A stretch of DNA of 64,000 nucleotides from an uncultured delta proteobacterium. GTDB taxonomy: Bacteria > Desulfobacterota > Binatia > UBA9968. Position 1 is the first letter of the stretch. Each line of letters starts with the position of its first letter. Position numbers and translations under genes: made by a program. The DNA lies in NCBI GenBank assembly GCA_963801935.1, contig CAWDHA010000035.1, positions 8,852 to 72,851 on the forward strand. Direction: 5' to 3'. Positions 58,567 to 64,000 of the stretch are shown here, in pieces. The notes below the pieces were generated by a model that saw only the letters and a list, made by a program, of their open reading frames with translations, was not told where the DNA came from and did no database searches.

Positions 58567-59762
58567 AAGATTCCCTTCTCGGTTAATTTTGCGAGCTCGG
58601 TTTCAGCCATACCCAACCAGTCTTGCAGCACGTCTTTGCTGTGCTCGCCGAGCCGCGGCGGCGCCAGGCGCAGAGTCGCGGGGGTGGCGGAAAACTTGAC
58701 GGGAAGCCCCGCCATCTTTATCTTTCCGGCGCTCGGATGATCCATTTCGGCGAGCATGCCTCGGTGAATGACCTGGGCATCGTTAAAAACTTGATCGATG
58801 GTTTGCACCGGCGCGCACGGTACCTCGGCCTCTGCCAGGATCTCGGACCAGGTTCTGGAATCGCGGCGCCGGAAAATCTCCGGGAGGATTTTTAGCAGCT
58901 CGTCCCGGTGCGCGACGCGCTCGGCGTTCCTGCTAAAGCGCGGGTCGCCGGCCAGATCGGCTCTGCCGATGGCCGGGCAAAAACGCTTCCAGATGGTTTC
59001 GCTGGCGACGCCGACCACGAGATAACCATCGGCGGTCTGGAAACTCTGATACGGCACGATGCTCGGATGGGCGTTACCACAACGCCCGGGAATCTCGCCG
59101 CCGATGAGATAATTGCTGCCGGCGTTGACCAGGCAAGCGACTTGCGCTTCCAATAGCGAGGTGTCGAGTTTTTGTCCGGCGCCGAGTTGCGCGCGCGCGT
59201 AGAGCGCCGCGCAAATAGCGTTGCCGAGCATCAAACCGGCGATCACATCGATGATCGCCACACCGACTTTGGTCGGCTCGCCGCCGGGCATACCGGTGAT
59301 GCTCATCAAGCCGCCCCAGGCCTGCACGATCAGATCGTAACCCGGCAGCGCGCTCATCGGCCCGTCGGCGCCGAAGGCCGACAGCGAGGCATAGATCAAG
59401 CGCGGATTCGCGGCGCGCAGCTCTTGATCGCCAAGGCCCAAGCGCGCCATCGTGCCGGGGCGGAAGTTTTCGACCAGCACGTCGGCTTTGCGCGCCAGCC
59501 GCCGGAGCAGGTCCTTGCCCTCGGGCGATTTTAAATCGAGCGCCAAACTTTTTTTGTTGCGATTGACCGCGAGAAAATAAGCGCTCTCGCCGCCAATAAA
59601 AGGCGGCCCCCAGCCGCGCGTGTCGTCGCCGGCTCCGGGCTGTTCTATCTTCACCACCTCCGCGCCGAGATCGCCGAGAAACATCGTGCAATACGGCCCC
59701 GCCAAAACCCGGCTGAGATCCAGGACCCGGATGCCGTGCAGCGCGCCGGCGGCCTCAGTCAT
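58563..59762 (-). CDS. family III CoA-transferase (CaiB/BaiF/Frc-like)
   Basis: IRVLDLSRVLAGPYCTMFLGDLGAEVVKIE and ENFRPG are family III signatures. Confidence 0.85.
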   Translation of the reverse strand: MTEAAGALHGIRVLDLSRVLAGPYCTMFLGDLGAEVVKIEQPGAGDDTRGWGPPFIGGESAYFLAVNRNKKSLALDLKSPEGKDLLRRLARKADVLVENFRPGTMARLGLGDQELRAANPRLIYASLSAFGADGPMSALPGYDLIVQAWGGLMSITGMPGGEPTKVGVAIIDVIAGLMLGNAICAALYARAQLGAGQKLDTSLLEAQVACLVNAGSNYLIGGEIPGRCGNAHPSIVPYQSFQTADGYLVVGVASETIWKRFCPAIGRADLAGDPRFSRNAERVAHRDELLKILPEIFRRRDSRTWSEILAEAEVPCAPVQTIDQVFNDAQVIHRGMLAEMDHPSAGKIKMAGLPVKFSATPATLRLAPPRLGEHSKDVLQDWLGMAETELAKLTEKGIL

Positions 59763-60133
59763 TTGAGTTCGATCCGCTTCTCTTTGAGGATTTCATGAAG
59801 GGTCTCGACGCCGAGCCAGAGTCCGGGCATGCCGCCGGGGATCGCCGCCACTTCGATCGCTTCGAGGACTTCCCGGGGAACGGCGCCGAGCGCCAGGGCG
59901 CGCTCCGTGTGCAGCCGCACACCGCGCGGCCGCCCAAGCGCACAGGTAATGGCCACCATGATCAATTCCTTGGTCTTGCGCGGCAGCGCACCTTCACGCC
60001 CAAAGGTCGCGTCTACGTAAATTCCTTTGAGCTTTTCAAAATACTCCGGATCCATCTCGGCAATTAAATCATAGGCGCGGTTTTGCGCGCCCAGGGAAGT
60101 TTTTTCGAAAGCTTGTTTAGCGTCTTCGCTCAT
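59759..60133 (-). CDS. carboxymuconolactone decarboxylase (AhpD-like) family protein
   Basis: 124 aa. DPEYFEKLKGIYVD...LPRKTKELIMVAI is typical of the CMD family. Confidence 0.7.
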   Translation of the reverse strand: MSEDAKQAFEKTSLGAQNRAYDLIAEMDPEYFEKLKGIYVDATFGREGALPRKTKELIMVAITCALGRPRGVRLHTERALALGAVPREVLEAIEVAAIPGGMPGLWLGVETLHEILKEKRIELK

Positions 60134-60270
60134 CGCTCCTCCTGATTATCGGACAACGTTCCTCGGTAATTATCACTTCGATAAAAGCTCTGCCACTCAC
60201 GCCAGAGCACGGTGACCTGAGAAAGGTGCAAAAGACGGCGCCGGTTGAATAACTAAGGGAAGATTCGCGT

Positions 60271-60813
60271 TTACCCAACTTGCATGCGCACCAGGACAAT
60301 CGGCGCATCGCCTCTCGGTCCTTTGCCGGCACTCTTGAGTAAGGGTGACGCCAGATTTGCATCGAGTTTTTTAAGAGCGAGCCATTCGCGCTCGGTCATA
60401 ATCACGTAGGCGTCGGCGTTTTTGCCGCCCTCCCCGCTCGTGCTTGGCGCCGGGCTGAGCGTTGCGGGCGGTGCGCCTCGATAGAAAACCACCTGGTCGC
60501 TATTAAACGAATCGCGGTATAGATAAAGCCGATCACCGAATCCGACAAGCTGATTGACTTGAAGCATAAAGGGGCGGTAACTCTTTGTCTCGGCAAGCTT
60601 CGGTATCACCCAGCCGTAAGCCACGAAAGAAAAAAGCAGGGCGATCATGATCAGGCGTGGCGCCGCAGCGAGCAAGCGCTGCGACCAGAGGCAGCGCGCC
60701 AGCGAAATCCACAGTAGCGCCGAGGCGAGCAGCGCCCCGGTGAAGCGCCAGCCATGGGCCTTTAACTCGCTCTGCACCAGTAAAAAGTTGGCGCGGTCCG
60801 TGGGCTTTAGCAA
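60271..60813 (-). CDS. ArnT/PMT-like (GT39/GT83) glycosyltransferase, C-terminal fragment (gene disrupted between 60813 and 60964; full span 60271..62001)
   Basis: A TM segment is followed by a periplasmic C-terminal domain. It lies in the same orientation, directly after the N-terminal fragment. Confidence 0.55.
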   Translation of the reverse strand: MLKPTDRANFLLVQSELKAHGWRFTGALLASALLWISLARCLWSQRLLAAAPRLIMIALLFSFVAYGWVIPKLAETKSYRPFMLQVNQLVGFGDRLYLYRDSFNSDQVVFYRGAPPATLSPAPSTSGEGGKNADAYVIMTEREWLALKKLDANLASPLLKSAGKGPRGDAPIVLVRMQVG

Positions 60814-60963
60814 AGATTCGATGGGGCTAAACAGCAGCGTCGGGTTGTGGTCCCATAACTCGCCGATTACTACCGAGCAGCATTAGCGCGCCTGTGAGCC
60901 CGGCGAAAACAGCCACGCCGCGGCAATAGTAATGGCCGCACCCCATTGATAGCGCCGTCGTAT

Positions 60964-62001
60964 TTAATCGAGCCAGAGCGCCGTCAAGATTGCCAGCGCG
61001 GGATAAACCGGCAATAGATACACCGGCCGTTTACCGAGCGAGAGCGAAAAAAATACCAGCATGACCGCGAACCAAACTTTGAAAAACAAGCTGTCATCAT
61101 CGCCGATCGATCCCTTCTTAAAAGCATCCCACAAGACGACCGGTAGGAACATTGCCCAGGGCAAGCCCTGCGCAAAAAGATATGGGATATAATAATAAAC
61201 AGGATGGCTGTGGCCCGAAGTGCCGGTAAAACGATACAAGTTCTCCTCAATGATTTGCCGATCGAAGAATCCTTCGCCGCCGCGCGTGACCGCGACCACG
61301 TACCAGCCTGCGGCGAGGATCAACATCAACACGACACCGGGGTGGAGACAGAATTTTTGCAATAGCTGCCAGCGCCGCTTGAGCACGATCAAGACGCCGG
61401 CGCCCAAAGCCGGCAGCAAGATGCCCAGCGGACCCTTGGCCAGAGTGGCGATTCCGGTGACGGCAAAGAAACCGTAATACCAGGCCGGATGGCAGAGGAT
61501 GGCGCTATAGAGAGAATAGAAAAGCACCAGGCTGAGCATGACAAAAAAGCACAAGGTCATGTCGACGCGCGCGTCCAGCGCCTGGTCCTGATAAATCATC
61601 GTGGTCGCGAGAATCGCGCCGGCGAGCAGCCCGACGTCAGCACTAAACAGCCGGCGCCCAAGAAAGTAGAGCAGCAACACTCCGGCGCTGGCGTAGAGCG
61701 CCGAGGGAAAACGCACGGTGGCTTCATTGAGGGTGGCGCTAACCTGATAAACCGCGGCTGCGGACCAGTGAAACAACGGCGGTTTGGAGGGCACGTCGGT
61801 GGCGCGCTTGAGCGGCACCAACCATTCACCGCGGCGCACGATGTCCTGTACCGCCAGCGCTTCGCGCGCCTCACCCTTGTTGAAAAACGGCGCGCTGCCG
61901 AGATAGGGGAAATACAGCAGGCCGCACAAGAGCAACAGTGACGCCGCATCGATCAAGCAGCGGTAACGCGCGAGCATACTTGAGATAGATAACCTTTCCA
62001 A
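60964..62001 (-). CDS. ArnT/PMT-like glycosyltransferase, N-terminal polytopic fragment
   Basis: PFFNKGEAREALAVQDIVRRGEWLVPL...PSKPPLFHW, followed by about 9 TM segments. Confidence 0.7.
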   Translation of the reverse strand: MERLSISSMLARYRCLIDAASLLLLCGLLYFPYLGSAPFFNKGEAREALAVQDIVRRGEWLVPLKRATDVPSKPPLFHWSAAAVYQVSATLNEATVRFPSALYASAGVLLLYFLGRRLFSADVGLLAGAILATTMIYQDQALDARVDMTLCFFVMLSLVLFYSLYSAILCHPAWYYGFFAVTGIATLAKGPLGILLPALGAGVLIVLKRRWQLLQKFCLHPGVVLMLILAAGWYVVAVTRGGEGFFDRQIIEENLYRFTGTSGHSHPVYYYIPYLFAQGLPWAMFLPVVLWDAFKKGSIGDDDSLFFKVWFAVMLVFFSLSLGKRPVYLLPVYPALAILTALWLD

Positions 62002-62118
62002 GCCATTTCATAAAGGGATGCGCGGCTTCGGTTTTTGCGAGTGGAGTATCGCTTCGGCGGCCCGGCTGCTTGCAGAGCGGAATTATCACGGCTATCCTGG
62101 CGTCAATCGGCTACTCAA

Positions 62119-62592
62119 ATGAATCTCAAGGAACGTACCTATCTCTGGTATATTGTGATCCTCAGGGTTTACATCGGATACTATCTGCTGCTACAAGGTA
62201 TCAGAAAATTTCAGCGCAACTTCGCCCAGGGCGACTGGATCGGCCGGCAGATCGGCGATTTGAGGACACTCGATCTCTACCCGTGGTACAAAACTTTTCT
62301 CCAGAATGTCGTCGTGCCGCACAGCGAGCTGTTCGGTTACCTGGTCGTGGCCGGCGAGATTCTCGTCGGCGCCGGTCTGGTGCTCGGTTTGCTCACCCGC
62401 TTTAGCGCCTTTGTCGGCTTGTTCCTGATGATTAACTACATCCTCGGTCCCGGTATGGCGCGCGGCGGCGCGCCGTTGGCGCAACAACAGACTTTTATTG
62501 TTGCGCTGATCATCATCGCGCTTGCCGATCCCGGCAGAACCCTGGGCCTGGACGGTCTAATCTTTCGCGGTCGCGGCAAAGGAGGCAAGTGA
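62119..62592 (+). CDS. DoxX-family membrane protein
   Basis: MNLKERTYLWYIVILRVYIGYYLLLQGIRKF... with four TM segments. The track ORF starts at 62035. Confidence 0.65.
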   Translation: MNLKERTYLWYIVILRVYIGYYLLLQGIRKFQRNFAQGDWIGRQIGDLRTLDLYPWYKTFLQNVVVPHSELFGYLVVAGEILVGAGLVLGLLTRFSAFVGLFLMINYILGPGMARGGAPLAQQQTFIVALIIIALADPGRTLGLDGLIFRGRGKGGK

Positions 62593-63751
62593 AGCTGCCG
62601 GGATACGCGACCACCGAGGGCACCGAGCGCTATCGCAAGCGCTTCGAAGGACGGGTGGCGCCGGAGCATTTTCGCCAATCACAGAGTCTGTGGATGTCAT
62701 CTATCGGCATCGGCACTTATCTCGGCAATTACGACCCTGAGACCGATAGACTTTATCACGACGCAATCGTCCGCGCGGTCGATCCGGCTGCAATGTGATC
62801 GACAGCGCGATTAACTACCGGCTGCAACGTAGCGAAAGGTCGGTGGGCACGGCGCTCAAAGAACTCGCCGCCAAGGGATACAACCGCGACGAGATCGTGA
62901 TCGCTACCAAGGGCGGCTTTATTCCTTACGATGGCGAGCCGCCAAAAGACCCGCGGCGCTACTTCGAGGAAACTTTTAGCGAGCCGGGCATCGCACAACT
63001 CACCGACTTGGTCGCCAATTGCCACTGCATTTTGCCCGATTATTTGATCAATCAACTGGCGTCGAGCCTGAGCAATCTCGATGTCGAATGCGTCGATGTT
63101 TACTACGTTCACAACCCGGAAACCCAACTGGGGAAAGTCCCAGAGATGAATTCGATCGGCGTCTGCTGAAAGCGTTCGCAGGGCTCGAAGCGGCCGTGGC
63201 TGCCGGAAAAATCCGGGTCTACGGAACCGCAACCTGGAACGGCTACCGCAATGAGACCTCGGCAAGCGATTATTTGTCGCTCGCCGGGATCAGCGCCATG
63301 GCCGAAAAGGCCGGCGGCCATCGAGCATCGTTTCAGGGCAGTCCAGTTGCCGCTCAATTTAGGGATGACCGAAGCGCTGACTCTGAAAGATCGAGCAGTT
63401 GGAGGGAAAACAATTTACCACCCTGGAAGCGGCGCAAGCGCTCGGCCTGACGGTCATGTGCAGCGCATCCGTGCTCCAGGGCCAACTTACGCGTAATCTT
63501 CCGGACATCATCGACGAGACGTTCGGCGGCTTGGCGACCGACGGCCAGACGCGCCCTGCAGGTTCGTGCGCTCGACGCCCGGCGTGACCACCGCGTTAGT
63601 CGGCATGGAGCAGCCTGCTCACGTCGATGAGAATTTACAAACAGCGAAACTGCCACCCGCCTCGTCGGAGCAATACTCCAGGCTGTTTCAAAGCGAACCC
63701 CGCCGGCAAAAGATCTACAGACATGACCGTATCTATCGCGGTCTCGATTGA
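62589..63751 (+). pseudogene. aldo/keto reductase, at least 4 frame changes
   Basis: AKR blocks appear in successive frames: SIGIGTYLG; VIDSAINYRLQRSERSVG...IVIATKGG; VDVYYVHNPE; AGKIRVYGTATW; AVQLPLNL; LTVMCSASVLQG; ALQFVRSTPGVTTALVGM. The GTG start overlaps the DoxX stop (GTGA). Confidence 0.7.
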
Positions 63752-63767
63752 ACGGAGAGAAGCAACC

Positions 63768-64000
63768 ATGACCTACTGTGTAGGCATCATGCTCGACGCC
63801 GGACTGATTTTTGCGTCGGATTCGCGCACCCATGCGGAGGTCGACAATTTTGCGTGTTTCTGCAAGATGACCGTGTTCGAACGCGCCGGTGACCGGGTCA
63901 TCGTTCTGTTGAGTTCGGGCAACCTGGCCGGGACACAGGCCGTCATCAGCCTGCTGAAGCAGCGGGGAAACGCCAAGGACGGGGTGCCCAATCTATGGAG
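63768..64000 (+). CDS. proteasome-type protease (Anbu / COG3484-like), 5' partial
   Basis: It is not in the ORF track because there is no stop within the window. GGAGAGA RBS, then MTYCVGIMLDAGLIFASDSRTHAEVDNF... with Thr2 as the candidate N-terminal nucleophile. It runs off the contig end. Confidence 0.6.
   Translation, partial: MTYCVGIMLDAGLIFASDSRTHAEVDNFACFCKMTVFERAGDRVIVLLSSGNLAGTQAVISLLKQRGNAKDGVPNLW

Overview
64-kb, high-GC (about 60% by eye) bacterial contig. It is probably from an uncultivated Gram-negative organism, but the taxon cannot be assigned from sequence alone. Coding density is high and most genes are on the minus strand.

(1) 0.3-16.3 kb is a signalling locus with no CheA, CheW or MCP in the window. 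It is rich in signal-terminating and second-messenger modules:
- an MshEN-like x2/CheX fusion
- a sigma54-promoted operon encoding a repeat-built 838-aa coiled-coil protein, a single-domain KaiC/RadA-like ATPase and a CBS-pair protein
- a hybrid histidine kinase, Hpt protein and REC-REC-CheX phosphorelay
- a YcgR-like PilZ protein
- CheX, and a degraded CheR
- a REC-PP2C / STAS / anti-sigma-kinase partner-switching trio
- a CheZ-like phosphatase next to a CheY remnant

(2) 16.4-32.4 kb is one long minus-strand flagellar block. The gene order is bEBP, sensor kinase, NtrC-like response regulator, flgB, flgC, fliE, fliF, fliG, fliH, fliI, fliJ, fliK, flgD, then two tandem flgE paralogs. The regulators are arranged as in FlrA/FlrBC (FleQ/FleSR) loci and carry sigma54-type promoters.

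(3) 32.8-64 kb is metabolic and housekeeping:
- an M16 peptidase pair and an M20 peptidase
- an Fe3+/polyamine-type ABC permease with two paralogous binding proteins
- LLM oxidoreductases, an opine dehydrogenase, an enolase-superfamily enzyme, an M24 peptidase and an SDR epimerase
- an orphan alpha/beta hydrolase and an MFS exporter
- a RumA-type RNA methyltransferase, an MBL hydrolase, an AlkP-family phosphodiesterase and GcvR
- a four-gene CMD/CoA-transferase/MaoC/LLM operon
- an ArnT-like glycosyltransferase, DoxX, an aldo/keto reductase and the 5' end of an Anbu proteasome-type protease

Overlays:
- At least 25 apparent single-base frameshifts split otherwise recognisable genes. They are clustered at 27.6-32.4, 36.9-38.6 and 62.6-63.7 kb. 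Assembly error and real decay cannot be separated here.
- Two families of TA-flanked, TIR-bounded MITEs often sit at CTAG and abut TAG stop codons.
- Several families of oligo-repeat hairpins occupy intergenic gaps.

I found no rRNA, tRNA or CRISPR array by eye. The best candidate for an undescribed system is the sigma54-driven coiled-coil + KaiC-like ATPase + CBS operon, together with the neighbouring MshEN-CheX fusion.
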